Assembly: GCF_009914755.1 (NCBI RefSeq)
Contig: NC_060928.1
DNA length: 64,000 nucleotides
Direction: 5' to 3' (one strand)
Source of the DNA: the human T2T-CHM13v2.0 reference genome, Homo sapiens
Position 1 is the stretch's first letter. Each line of letters begins with the position of its first letter. The translations under genes were made by a program, and so were the position numbers. The notes beneath the pieces were generated by a model. That model saw only the letters and a list, made by a program, of their open reading frames with translations, was not told where the DNA came from and searched no databases. This document shows, piece by piece, positions 14,801-28,447 of the stretch.

Positions 14801-15149
14801 AAGATGCACATTCATGGCAATATAATGGTGGGCTGTGTGTGAGTTGTGTCATCCAACAGGCTTGTGTTTGAGTCTGTTGTGTCCTTGCTGTGTTACTAAA
14901 GGGAGGGAATAAGTTACAAAATTAAAACAACGGTATTTTGACTGGCATAGCAACCACTATGCCAGTGATGATGACTTTTTGGTTGTCATACATTAGCAAA
15001 TTAATTTAAAATTTCACAGTAGTATATTATCCTAAAAACTGAATTATTTCTAATTGTATTAGCAGTCCTACTGTATATGTGTGGCTTTGTCTATTACTAG
15101 CCTCCTAGAAATCTCCCCTACAAGGATGTACAAAAATAAAGGAATTCCT

Positions 15150-15406
15150 GGCCAGGCACAGTGGCTCATGTCTGTAATCCTAGCAACTTGGGAAGCTGAG
15201 GCAGGTGGATCACTTGAGGTCAGGAGTATAAGACCAGCCTGGCCGACACTGTGAACCCCGTCTGTACTAAAAATACAAAATAAATAAATAAATAAATTAG
15301 CTGGGCATGGTGGTGCACACCAGTAATCCCAGCTACTTGGGAGGCTGAGGCTGGAGAATCACTTGAATCCAGGAGGTGGAGGTTGCAGTGAGCTGAGATC
15401 ATGCCA
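15150..15406 (+). mobile_element. Alu (S-type), 3'-truncated, no poly(A) tail
   Basis: GGCCAGGCACAGTGGCTCA...GAGATCATGCCA, then unique sequence. Confidence 0.92.
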
Positions 15407-16904
15407 AAGGAAGTCTTAACATTTAAAAAGCTTCAGTATTGCTCTGTGCTTTCCTCTGAAATTCAAACCATTCTACTTCAGCAGATAGTGCTTATTAAAG
15501 AAAGCACAATGCAGAACACAGAGCCTGGGAGTAGATATAACATGAATAGCCACGAGTCAGGTGTCAGAAAGATGGAGGGCAACTTTTAAAGGAAGAGGGG
15601 CAGCCCATTTCATCAGTGGATAATGTTGATTATCAAACAAGGAAGCAAGCAAAGTTATTGGCATTAATGTTATTGTCAGGAAATTTTAACCAATTCTATT
15701 TGGAAAAAATTTGTTTTTGCTTTTTTTCTCTAAATTTAGATGCTAAATGTTGCTGGCTAAACTAGAAGTCACCTCACATTATTCATAAACCATAATTGTA
15801 TAGTGGAGGAAAAATTACAGCCTTATTAATATTCCTTAAGGTCTTCCATATCTCTGTGGTTATACGCTGCTTCAGCCTGTTTTATGGCCTCATTGTGAAG
15901 CTTTATAGTTCCTATTTCTCATGTCTGTGTGCTCATTTGTATTTTGCTACCTTACATTTTTGTAAGGTATCATTATCAATACTATAAGTGGTATTTACCA
16001 ACATTAACAGTAGCATCACCAAAATTGTCAAATAAATGTTATCATCCCAATTTGAAGTTGCTGGAACAGTCAGTTCTAGTTCTACCAGTTTATGTGCTAC
16101 TGCTTGTGACAACTGAAATAAGAGTATTCAAAACAGTGAGAAGAATGATTTGTTAGGGGCTAGGTGACATCTGTTCTACAGTTATGCTTACAATATTTGT
16201 TGAGTTTCCATTCAGTTCCTAACTTTGGCTTTAATCAGCAGGATTTTCATAATTGAAAATGTGACCTATCGAACTTATGTAGGGAAAACTGGGTATTATC
16301 GTGTATTGTCATAATCTATACACTGGCACTTTGACTTATCAGAAATACATAAGAGCTCTTTCATGGAAATAAAAGCCTGTTTATACAATCTATTTTCTTT
16401 CTTTAGTTTAGGCATCCTTTGTAATTATATTGAATTATTATTGCACTATAATTCATGATCCTGTCAGACTTTCTATGCCTTTTTGTTCCATGACTTTTTG
16501 TTTATTTTAATAATAGATTGCAACTCCTTTTGGGAAACACAGCTGTGACTGTCAAGAAAAAAATTCATATTTGGGATCCACTAAAAATGCTTGATTCTAG
16601 TTCTTGGTAATTGCTCATCTTTGTTGTTTTAAAACAATTTTATTTTATATATTTTTATATTTAGATTTAAAATGCTTTCCTTAAAACTTGCCTCAGTTTA
16701 CTATTTATATTTTGTTTTTGTTGTTAATTTTAAAGCATGTACTATAGAATAATAGAATTTACTGTAGAATAATATTAGACATATTTGTCCCATTTTTTAT
16801 TTCACATATCTTAGTAGATTTTACATCTTAGATGTAAAATCATAAACATTAAACTGATTTCATATTTATTTTTCTCATGTTATTCATCTTCAGGGTTTGC
16901 ACTC

Positions 16905-17457
16905 TGTTGTTGGCTGAATAATGGCCCCCTAAAGATGTTCATGTCATAATCACCAGTAATCACAATTCTTATATGAAATTTCTAATCTCACTAGAGGCTA
17001 AATTTTATATCCTTTTCAAACCTGTGGATATGCTGTTTTATATGTTAAAAAGGACATTTCAGATGTGATTAAATTAAATATTTGGAGATCGGGGGAGAGT
17101 ATCCCAGTTTCTTCAAGTGAACCAGTGTAATTGATAGCGTTCTTGTAAGACAGAGACAGCAAGATCAGGGTCAGTGGTAGTAGCTGTGATGCAGGAAGCA
17201 TGAAGCAGTTGTCATGCAAGGAAGGGACCATGACTTAAGGAATGCAGGTGACCTCTAGGAGCTGAAGAAGCCAAAGGAAAGAGGTTCATTCCTCAGAGGC
17301 TTCAAAGGAACCAGCCCCTCAGACAGAACAATTGACTTCAGCTCAGTGAACATGATTTTGGTCTTCTAAGCTACAGAACTGTAAGATACTAAATGTGTGG
17401 TGCTTGAAGCCACTATTTTTGGTAATTTTGTTACAGTGGCAATTGGAAACTAGTACA
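16905..17457 (+). mobile_element. MLT1 (D-like) solo LTR carrying a ~60-bp foreign insert
   Basis: tgttggctgaataatggccccc start; ttgttacagtggcaattggaaactagtaca end. Confidence 0.85.
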
Positions 17458-20019
17458 TATGCTGATGAGCATTTGTTAGTAATTTTTTTCCTTCTGAATT
17501 CTGCTGGAGGTTTATCTGATTGCATATAACTTCCTCCCAAGTCCAGCTGAAGGATTATCTGATTATAACATAACTTTTTCCATATATGAAAATGCCAGAC
17601 TAATCAGTTGTATTTTATTGAGTAATTACTTAAACCTCTCACTCATTAAGGTTAATTCTATTAAGGATGTAATTTTTAAATATCTATATATATGTTTTTA
17701 GTAGTTAAAATATACTTTATTCCTTTGTGTCAAAGTTACCTTTTTTTAGTGTACGTACATGAAACTCAACAATTTGTTATGGATACTTTCCTCATTACCT
17801 TTTTTCTTCAAGTTACATTATTTGGAAGCATTGGTGATTAAATTTCACAAGTAAGAGTACTGTATTAGGCATTGTGGAAGGATGAAAAATGTCCAAGTTT
17901 TGTTTTCTCTTTCTAGTAATTTGATTATTGTTATTAGTGGATATGAAAAAAATTAATGGTGTGAATAATACTACACAACTTCCTGAACTGAACTGTCAAC
18001 ATGATACAGAAGGCATTTCCTCATTCCTGTATTTAATAGAAGTGTATTGGATGCTTTTTATACTCAGCCTCAGCAGGTCTCTATTCTTTATGGGGTTTCC
18101 AGCCTAGTGTGGCACCATAGCACCACCTAGCAGGCTCTCCTAATAGAAATGGACTATGAACATAGATCTAGAAAAATTAATTATCCATAAGGTTTTATTG
18201 AAGAATCTTTAATTATAAACCTTGAAAAATGATATATTGAGAAAAATCACTACTATATAACCTAAGAGTTTTTACAGGCATTTGGGTAACTTGCAATTCT
18301 TATATGGAATTTTAACCTGACTTGAGGCTAAATTTTAAATCCTTTTCAAACCAGGCTTTTAATAGCCCTATTGACAGAACTTTAATTATAATGCTGCCAG
18401 ATGCTATAAGAGCTGATCTCTTTTATTTATTTGAATGCTAATTTTTGCCATAATGCAAAGAAAACAAATGAATTAAAGATTATATATGTGAGCTATTCTA
18501 ACAACATTACAAAATATAAACAGTTCTTAATATTAAAATATCATTTATGAAACTTAACCGATTATAGTGTCTTGTTGTGAAATGTTTTATTGCCTTGAAG
18601 AAATGGTTTAATTTGGGTGTTAATTGGTTCTAAAAGTTTTTGGAGACCATCCATTTTTTCAGATAATGATTAATAGTGTGTTATTTGGAATGAACAATGA
18701 ATAGTATTTGTCACCAGTGCTTTAAAAGCAATTAAGTAATTTCCCACTCATAAAAGAGGTCTGTTTCTGATGGGAATTTGTTTCTTGCAAGATAAATGAT
18801 AGAGCTATAATTACTGTGATTGAATAATTGAAAATGAAAATAAATAGGTTTCAAAGATGGTTATCTTAATATAAAGCATTTGAAATGCCAATAACTAGTA
18901 ATTATTTGAAAATACTCATAAAACACTAACCAAAACATGTAACTAATGAGCTTTTATCTTTTCATGAATGTTCAACACAAACTATTAACTTAAATTGTAA
19001 AAATTTGAAATATTCTTAAAAGATACATAAGCTTGCTGGAACTTGCGTGGAATCATAGTATTATATGGCCTCATAACTAATAGAAAAGAATCTTTGAAGC
19101 ACTTTCATAATGAAATAAGACATAATAATCAGGATGATACACTGAATGAACCAGTGAAGTAGGCAATTTCCAGTTTTGGTGATGCTCATTGGAATATGAC
19201 TCTGATGGAATTCTATTTAAACAAAATAATTGGGGTAGAGACCCATTTGAGCTTTTTTTTTGTGGTGTATTGAGGTGACAATGGTGCAGCTTAAAGCAAG
19301 AAGAGTTTAGGAGATGCTAAAAAATGTGTGTTAGCACTGTGTTGAGATTTGAGATCTAGAGGTGAATGACTGTTCAAAATAATTGTAGGTAGATCATCTC
19401 AGTATAGAGAAACCCAAACATGTTACACTATATGCAGAATTTTTTGAAGCAAAAAAGCATATTAAGCACTCTACAAGCATTAAAAAGGAATAACAACAAC
19501 ATGAAGGATATTTCCTAATAAAATGAAAAAGTTTTTTAGCACCTAATATCTCCAGGTGCAGTTCATGTACTTTGCATATAACATCTCACTGAATTCTTCC
19601 TAAAACTCTATGTTGTGAGTGTATGATTATTATCCCTATCTTATATGGAAGGGAACTTTGTCTTCCATTCACTCCTTAATCCCCTGCAATTTTGTTTTTG
19701 ATACACCACTGTATCGAAAATGTTTTTGCTGTAATCTTCAGTGGCTTCCTCATTTGCTGAAAGTAGTCAGTGTTTTTGTTTGTTTGTTTGTTTTTGTACT
19801 TGACCTTCTGTGGCACTTACTGCTGTTGACCATCACAAAGCTTTTGTTCTTTTGGTTTAGTGAAATCACATTCTTAGGATTTTTTTCTTTTTCAGTCTTC
19901 TAGCCAGCCCTTTAAGTGCTTACCCTCCCAGGTATTTTTGTGTTTCTTGTTTTTGTTTTTGTTCTGTATTCCTGCTCTAAGTAATAATTTTGAACAAACC
20001 TATTCTTAGTCTTGATATT

Positions 20020-21795
20020 TTTTTGGTAATGTTTTGAAGGTTCATGCATGCTGTAACATGTGTCAGAATTTCATTCCTTTTTTATGGCCAAATAATATTC
20101 CATTGTGTGTGAATGTACCTACCAAATTTTGGTTATTTGTTTATCTGTTAATGGACATGGGTTATTTTCAGCTTTTGGCTGCTGTAAATAATGTTGCTAT
20201 GAACATGGGTGTACAAGTGTATCTGTTGGAGTGTCTGCTTTCAATTTTTGGGGGTATATACCTAGGATTGGAATTGCTGAATCATATAGAAATTCTGTGT
20301 TTAGCCCTTTGAGGAAAATATATAATTTTTAAAAGTTTAAGACAGACTTATAGTGAAGACATATCAATGATTTATTTGATGCACTAATAAGGGAACCAAC
20401 AGCATAGTGAAGCTGATCCAAGGAAGAATTCAAGAGACTGCAGTGAAAGAAATAATGCTGAAATTAGATTGTTAAATTTAATACAAAACTTGTTAATGTT
20501 ATACAGAGACGTATAGGCATAGTCTTGAAGAATTTTTTTTCTACAAGACAGAAATCATTAGTAACATCAATTTTTAAAAGTTATCTAATTTTACAGTCAT
20601 AACCCTAATCAATAGAAAGTAGCAATTGAAAGTTACATTGTCCTGGAGAATCACAGGCACTAAGGTGGGCTTGTTAGACATTGTTTTAGTGTGATATTGA
20701 AAGAACAAACAATATTTTTGCCTTATCTTAAAACTTGGGATGTTTTTTCTTAACCTTGTATTTCTTGACTTTGATTTTGTTTATGGTATTTTTTGCATTC
20801 ACTTTTTAAGAGTAGACTCGATGTAGACATTATTGTAGCTTTATTCATAATTGACAAAAATGTCACTTAGTAAATGAATGGATAAACACACCAAATTGAT
20901 ACATTTGTTATCAAACATAATTAGACGTTATCCTCCAAAGTTTATCTTTTATATTAGGTTTCATTCCTAGTTTAGAACATTCTATGGGTTTTGTCAAATG
21001 TATAATGATATATATTCACCATTATAGTATCATACAGAAGGGTTTCACTGCCCTAAAAATCATCTGTGCTTTGCCTCTTTATCCCTTTCTCCTCTCTAAA
21101 TTCTGGAACCACTGATCTTTTTACTGTCTCCATAGTTTTGCCTTTTCCAGAATGTCAGATAATTGGAATCGTACATTATGCAGCCTTTTCAGATTAGCTT
21201 CTTTCACTTAATGATATGCATTTAATGTTTCACCATATCTTCTCATGGCTTGATTGTTCAGTTCTTTTTAACACTGAATAATATTCCATTGTCTGAATGT
21301 ACCACAGTTTACTTACCCATTTATCTACCGAATGACATTTTCATCAATTATGAATAAAACTACAATAAACATCCAAGTGAAGGGTTTTATGCTGACATGT
21401 TTTCAGCTCCTTTGGGCAAATACCAAGGAGTGTGGTTGCTGGATCATATGGTAAAAGTATGTTTCGTTTTGTAAGAAACCACTGTCTCCAAAGTGGCTGA
21501 ACAGTTTTTGATTTTTATCAACAATGAATGAGTTTTTTCCACTTTTTCCACATCCTTGCGTTCGTTTTTGTCAGTGTTCTGGATTTTGGCCATTCAAATA
21601 GGTGTGTAGTGGTATCTGATTGTTGTTTTAATTTGCATTTCCCTGATGTCAAAGGATGTTGAACATCTTTTCATATGCTTATTTGTCATCTGTATATATT
21701 CTTTGGGGTAGTATCTGTTCAGATCTTTTGGACATTTTTTAATTGAGTTGTTTGTTTTCTGATGGTTGAGTTTCAAGAGTTCTTTGTATATATCT
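20020..21795 (-). mobile_element. Old L1M ORF2/3' fragments (two blocks, ~20020-20315 and ~20900-21795)
   Basis: ORF 21594..21776 (KHMKRCSTS...[12 protein letters not shown]) is the L1 ORF2 C-terminus. Confidence 0.75.
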
Positions 21796-22699
21796 TGGCC
21801 TTGATTTTAACTCCTACCTTTCCACTGTCTCTTGCTTGACCCCTGAATTATTTGGGCCATTTTCTCTATCTTGATATTTAATCATTCTTATTATGATTGA
21901 TTATATTGTATTGTTGATGAAACTGATTAAGAAGTGGTATCTTTTTGCCTCTGTCTTTTTTTTGCTTTTCCCACATGTCACCCACCACCTGTCAAAGTTT
22001 TTACTCTTTGGGAACCCCACCAGCTTTAAGTTCTACAGCCTTTCCTGATCGCTGGTGTCTGATGTGATCATTTATTCTCTCAACAAGTATTGCTTTGTTC
22101 TTACATCCCTTAGGGTCTTTACCAATTGTTTCATGACTTGTTTAATCATCACTTCCTGAGGATATGGACCCCATGTTCTTATCCCTCTCAGATAGCTCAG
22201 ACCTTTGAACATGGGAAGTCTTTATTAATGAATAACTGTTGAATTAATGAACAAACAAAGGAATGAATGATTGTTTAACAGAGTCCGGCAAAATCAATTT
22301 TTAAATAAGCCTCTTTAATCACTGAATTTAATCTGGACCATAATAACAAGTAGTCCACACAACAAGTTTGCCATGTTACTTCATGTATCTCTAGCCAGTG
22401 AAATCTGAATAATAGTCTGAAAATCTCAGATTTGTTTTCTAGTACCATTTTGTGTTGATCTCTGTATGGCTAGCACCTAATGTAGTGCTTGATTTTTAGT
22501 ACATACAAAAAATGCCTTCTAAAAGCTTTTGAAGAATTAGTAAAATGTTAGCTTTAATAATGTTTAGCAGCCAACTAAAACTTCTAGGTAACATCTTTAC
22601 AACAATAGAAAAGGAATGCTGTCAATAGTAATGTATGCATATTCAAAATGGTGATAATAGACATAATGATAATAATGTTAATAATACATATAATAAAAG

Positions 22700-22900
22700 T
22701 AATAAACTTTTGTGAGTACTCACTTGGGGCCAGGTTTCATGCTTTCAGTAGAGTATCTCCTTTAATTCTTAGAGTAACTGTGGACTAATTTTATTGACAA
22801 GGAATTTGAGGCTCAGAGAAGTTAAATAACTTGACTTAAACCCATATAGCAAATTATTTAGCACAGAATTTAGACCCAGATTTCTCTAACTACAGGTCTC
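22700..22900 (-). mobile_element. MIR (others at ~2420-2580, 19530-19650, 30000-30190 and 34770-34960)
   Basis: gaggctcagagaagttaaataacttgac, the MIR core. Confidence 0.65.
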
Positions 22901-23772
22901 AGTATAGGTATCAATTCATTAGTTAGCTTAAACTGATCTTCAGAGTCAAAATTAGATGTCCATTGTGAACTGGTTTTTGTTTTATGTTTACATAGCCTTT
23001 TTCAAGTTATGTTTGACTGATGTTCAATATCCCTTATAGTTATTTTTTTAAAAGCAAGGGGAGCTCACAGCTTTATCCTTGCTAACTAGACCATGAAAAT
23101 TAATATGTCATTAATAAATAATTTTTGAATGAATGAACTAACTAGTAAATTACCTAGGGATTTAGATGGAATTTAAATAAATGTTTTCTGAAAGTCTATG
23201 ATCTAATCTGTAGCTGGATTCCCAAGGATGCAAAATGGGAAGAAAATGAAGGAAAGCTGCTTCTGCTGATTAAAATGCTTAGACTTAATATACTGATAAA
23301 AAATACAAATGTATTCTTGGGTTGTGTAGAAACATTCATAAGATTTCAAGAAGGATTTAGGATAGTAAACTTCACATGGAGAAACACTATTAAAATTCCT
23401 AAAGAAATTTAAAAACAAAGCTATTTTTGGTATGTAATTTTAGATTAGTTAACCATACCATTTTGAAAATAGGTAGAACATGGAATTATGCTTCCAAAAC
23501 ATGTGTGCGTGTATGGAAATTTTAAGGGGAATATTGTATAATACAGGCTTAATTTATGAACTTTCACCCCAAAATACAGAATGACTTCTTTTTTAGTTAT
23601 GCAAAACATGTTGAAGTTAAATACTAGCATTTCTTTAATTTCTGTCAGATAATACTGTGAACATTATTATAAAATACTGATATAAAATCTTTAGAAATTA
23701 ATTACTGAGCAGCCAACCAGTATACATTCCAAAAGATATTTGTTTTGGTCTGGATAAAGAATACTAATGAGT

Positions 23773-24020
23773 GGCTGAGTATGGTGGCTCATGTCTATAA
23801 TCCTAGTACTTTGTGAGACCAAGGAGGGAAGTTTGCTTGAGCCCAGGCTTTCGAGACCAGCCAGGCCAACATAATGTGATATCATCTCTATACAATTTTT
23901 TTTTAATTACCCAGGAGATTGAGGCTGCAGTGAGCTGTGATAGTTTCACTGCCCTCCAACCTGGGCAACAGAGCAAGACCCTGTCTCAAAAAATAAAAAT
24001 AAAAATCTAAAGTAAATAAA
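23773..24020 (+). mobile_element. Old Alu (J-like) with a deletion in the right arm
   Basis: Left arm joins ...attacccaggagattgaggctgcag; A-rich tail; flanking ataaagaatac duplication. Confidence 0.85.
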
Positions 24021-24845
24021 TAAAGAATACCTATAAGATTTTAATACTTATATCCCTATACATATATGTAATATTCTATCAAAAGGAGATGAACTAATAT
24101 TAGGCTGAAATAAAGCATTCTAACTCTGGAAGCCACATTGGCAATATTTCTTGGCAGCAACACCCAAATAATACTGAAATGCTCTTGTCAAGAATAAAGC
24201 AATATCTCAACTGTTATTTTATTTTCTATCCATCCCTATTTCAGAAAGAGTTGAGGTATATGATAAGAAAAATACAATGAAGTAATTGAGAAAGAACTGA
24301 ATGTGTAGGAGACATACAATGGTAATTGCACCAGGATATGAGAGAGAAATTGTTAATGCAATTGGTAGTAGAGTTAATGTTTAGCTTCCCAGCTACAAGA
24401 CTAAAAGAAAAACACAATTAAGTCTTATTTTCCAGTCATATGAAGCATATGAAAGCATCAGGAGAGCATTTTGATAGTGTAAACTCTGAGGATTAAATGT
24501 GATTTTGTAAAGCACTTAACATTAAGTATACTTAGCACATGGTAAATACCTATATAATGGTATGATAGTAATATATTTCTAACAACTTAAAAATTAAATA
24601 AGGAATTCATCCTGTGTATTTTGATATAAGGGTCATTGATCACAATAAAGGGTCACAGCTTTAACAACAAGTATGTAAAATATACCTACACAGCTTCATC
24701 TGGTTATTTCTTATACTGAACCTTAATATCAAATTAAGGACATAATATTTTATCATAATATTATGAATGCTTATTTTAAATATAGCAATTCAAAGTTACA
24801 GGGTTTTGGTGATTTACCTTGATAAAACACAGCACCTAAAGGTGG

Positions 24846-25208
24846 TGATATGGTTTGGCCATGTCCCCACCCAAATGGCATCTTGAATTGTAGCTCCCAT
24901 AATTCTCACATGTGGTGGGAGGGACCTGGTGGGAGATAATTGAATCAAGAGGGGAGGTCATTTCCCTGTTGTTCTTATGACAGTGAATAAGCCTCATGAG
25001 ATCTCATGGTTTTATAAAGGAGAGTTCCCCTGTACGTGCTGTCTTGCCTGCCACCATGTAAATCATGCCTTTGCTCCTCCTTCACCTTCTGTCATGACTG
25101 TGAGGCCTCCCATGCCATTTGAACTGTGAGTCAATTAAACCCCTTTCCTTTATAAATTACCCATTCTTAGGTATGTCTTTATTGGCAGCGTGAGAACAGA
25201 CTAATACA
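24846..25208 (+). mobile_element. THE1 (MaLR) solo LTR
   Basis: TGATATGGTTTGG...CCCCACCCAAAT start; GAGAACAGACTAATACA end; ~360 bp. Confidence 0.9.
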
Positions 25209-25966
25209 GAATGTAATAGAATAATTTTCAGTGTGTATATTTCAAGGAAGATTTTTAGCAAATAATTTGAAATGAATTATATTGAGTGTTCAAAATAACG
25301 TTAAGTGGCTATCAGCCACATGCTTTGGCTAAGGTAGTATAATTCATATTTTATTAGAAAATGCTTGAAACTAATGTGTGTTCCCTCTAAAGTAGAGGGC
25401 CATGCATGTCTTCCTGCAATGGATAAAAACGTTTGCCACGTTGTATCTGTTGAAAGCCTTCACTCCATGAGATAGATAGGTTTTAGTCTTAGACATTCTT
25501 GAATTAATTTTTGTAGGTGTTGCAATAATCATCAGATATTAAGTAATAATCTAAATTTCATTATGAATTTTAATTTTAAGATATGTGTATACTTGGACAA
25601 AAAGTTTTGGGGAAGAATGATAGTAATACTTAGTGATTCTCAGGCTTTTATGGTACTACCATCTAATCAACTGTAATAATTGGTGTTTGTATAAAGGTAA
25701 AGGAACTATCAACAAGGTTATATTCTGATGTTTGAGCTAGCAAGTGCTACGGAATGTCTGCAGAGAGTAATTACATAGAGACAAGTGTCTTTATACTGCT
25801 AATGGAGCTCTCCTTTAGTGACACAGTTGTTGTGATCTTGGTTGATGTTGGAAGAACAAAAATATTTGTGCCACTAATCATTGTAACCCTTTTTGTTTTG
25901 GGGCCGAATAAGTTCTTAAAAATAGCAATAAACATACACATGTGCACGCATGTACTTTTTCTTCAG

Positions 25967-26196
25967 GACTATAGAGTTAACATCTTCCTGAGACAAAAAT
26001 GGAATGACCCCAGGCTGAAGCTCCCCAGTGATTTTAGGGGTTCAGATGCACTGACAGTGGATCCAACAATGTACAAGTGTTTATGGAAACCTGATTTATT
26101 TTTTGCAAATGAAAAAAGTGCCAATTTTCATGATGTGACCCAGGAAAACATCCTCCTCTTTATTTTTCGTGATGGAGATGTCCTTGTCAGCATGAG
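25967..26196 (+). CDS. GLRB: GLRB exon 5 (230 nt): [17 protein letters not shown]...[11 protein letters not shown]...DVLVSM(R)
   Basis: Acceptor ctttttcttcag| and donor GAG|gtactc; WNDPRL and WKPDLFF motifs; lies within ORF 25754..26242. Confidence 0.98.
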
Positions 26197-26242
26197 GTAC
26201 TCTTTTATATTTCATATTTGTGCATTTATATTTTCCTTCTAA

Positions 26243-26389
<147 letters not shown>

Positions 26390-27565
26390 TAAATGAGAAC
26401 ATAATTGATTATGAAAATAAAGTGTTTAAAATGTCTGGGTAATACATTCTACTGACATCTTAGACAACAGTGGTAAAACTAGTGCTTTGATTATAAATAG
26501 TCATTAAAATAATTTATTTAGGGAAATTATAGTTACTCTTTTATTAATACTATCTTAACTTGTATTAAGATAAATCATTTTTGTACTAGCCTTGTTTCAG
26601 TTCATTGATGTAGGTGTATACTTCTAACATTCCAGTTGCCATTGTTATTTGAGTTGGTAATACAGGCAAGGTAAAAGAGAAAATGACATCCTAATTTCAA
26701 TAGCATTTCTGATGTTAAAACCAGATTTTCTTAGCAGAAAATTTGGAAAACATTGAAAAATATTCTGTAAATCCAACTGAGCATTCATTCTCTATGAAAG
26801 TAAAGAAATGTAAACAACTTTTTTACAAAATTGTATTTTTTATGTTTAATTGATCATATATTTTTCATTTATTAAAAGGTACCCTAGGTGTATTAATTGA
26901 AATTATTATTTATCTATACAATGTACTAATTAATTTCCCATGATGCTTATCTTTTGAAAATAAAAGTAGAACATAAACCTCAAAAAAAAAAACACAAATG
27001 CAAGGAATGTTTAGCCTGAATACATGGATCATCTTATAATAAGGTCGTCTATTTCTTCAGAGAGTAAAGAATAATTACCTGGCAAAACATCTTGCATATG
27101 TATTCTAGGTTATATGTCTAAAGTTACTTTGTGGTTGTTTTTTAAATAATGTACCGAAATGGATCCTAAATTTGAGCAGTATTTATTTCTTTCTAACTAT
27201 AAAATGAGATTTTGCACATGTATGTGTTTATATGTTTGCACATGTCTGTTTATGTTTTTGTATGTATTGTATATGAGTGCCTGCATGTCAAGATGTACTT
27301 GTAGAAAACTTCCAACAGTGCATTTACATTTTGATCCCATTACTGGATGCACTAAAATATTACTTTCAAAAATACATACACTTTTGAGTTCGATACTAGA
27401 CTAGTGTATGCTGTAAAATTCTTTAAATTGTAGCCACATACCTAAGCCCAAAATGTGTGTGCTTCAGGGTGCTGAAATGATGCTGTAATTATGTCCCTTT
27501 GAGGGATTATTTTATTGGCCTTCTATGGTGATGCAACTCCTTTAGGGAATTTTGCAGTGATCATA

Positions 27566-27871
27566 ATGATGATGATGATTATTTTTTAAAACAGAGTCTT
27601 GCTCTGTCACCCAGGCTAGACTACAGTGGTGCGATCTCAGCTCACTGCAACCTCCACTTTGCGGGTTCAAGCAATTCTCCTGCCTCAGCCTCCTGAGTAG
27701 CTGAGATCACATGCGTCCACCACCGTGCCTGGCTAATTTATGTTTGTATTTTTAGTAGACATGGGGTTTCACTATATTGGCCAGGCTGGTCTCGAACTCC
27801 TGACCTCGTGATCCACCCGCCTTGGCCTCCCAAAGTGCTGGGATTACAGGTGTCAGCCACCGCACCAGGCC
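27566..27871 (-). mobile_element. Alu (S-type); tail converted to (GAT)n
   Basis: Reverse-complement Alu ending ...cgcaccaggcc. Confidence 0.92.
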
Positions 27872-28306
27872 GATTTCTTAAAAGAAATTTAGATGTTTCA
27901 ATGATTACATTTCTTTTAAAAATCCCAGGGAGCATATTACATGATTGTAAATGTATACGTTCAGAAAGCTTGCATCACTTATTTATTAGCTTTTTATTGA
28001 TGACCATTAAAAACTAATTCTGACATAGAGAAATAAGTTATTGTATATGATGCCCTAGGATTTTAAATCTGTGCCGTATGCTTATTATTTAAACTTGTTC
28101 TTTCTTTAAGATGAATATCTTTAACTCTTGTACTAGTACTTCCATTAGTGACCATGGGTTTTACCTCTTTACATTTTAAACTACAATTTCATATAAGAAG
28201 GTCTTATTTTCTTTCCTTTGCTATGTTTAAGATTTGAATTATGAAAATATTTAAAAAGCATTATTAATTATATTTTAAACTAACATTTATTTGTTTTTGT
28301 TTATAG

Positions 28307-28447
28307 TTGGTTACACAACTGATGATTTACGATTTATCTGGCAGTCAGGAGATCCTGTGCAATTAGAAAAAATTGCCTTGCCTCAATTTGATATCAAAAA
28401 GGAAGATATTGAATATGGTAACTGTACAAAATACTATAAAGGCACGG
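28307..28447 (+). CDS. GLRB: GLRB exon 7 (141 nt): (F)[46 protein letters not shown](G)
   Basis: Acceptor tttttgtttatag| and donor CGG|gtaagt; LPQF motif; NCT sequon. Confidence 0.97.

Noticed and set aside
25754-25966. Hydrophobic in-frame extension upstream of exon 5 that looks like an alternative N-terminus
   Set aside because: Intronic T-rich sequence ending at a canonical acceptor; no promoter evidence in the sequence.
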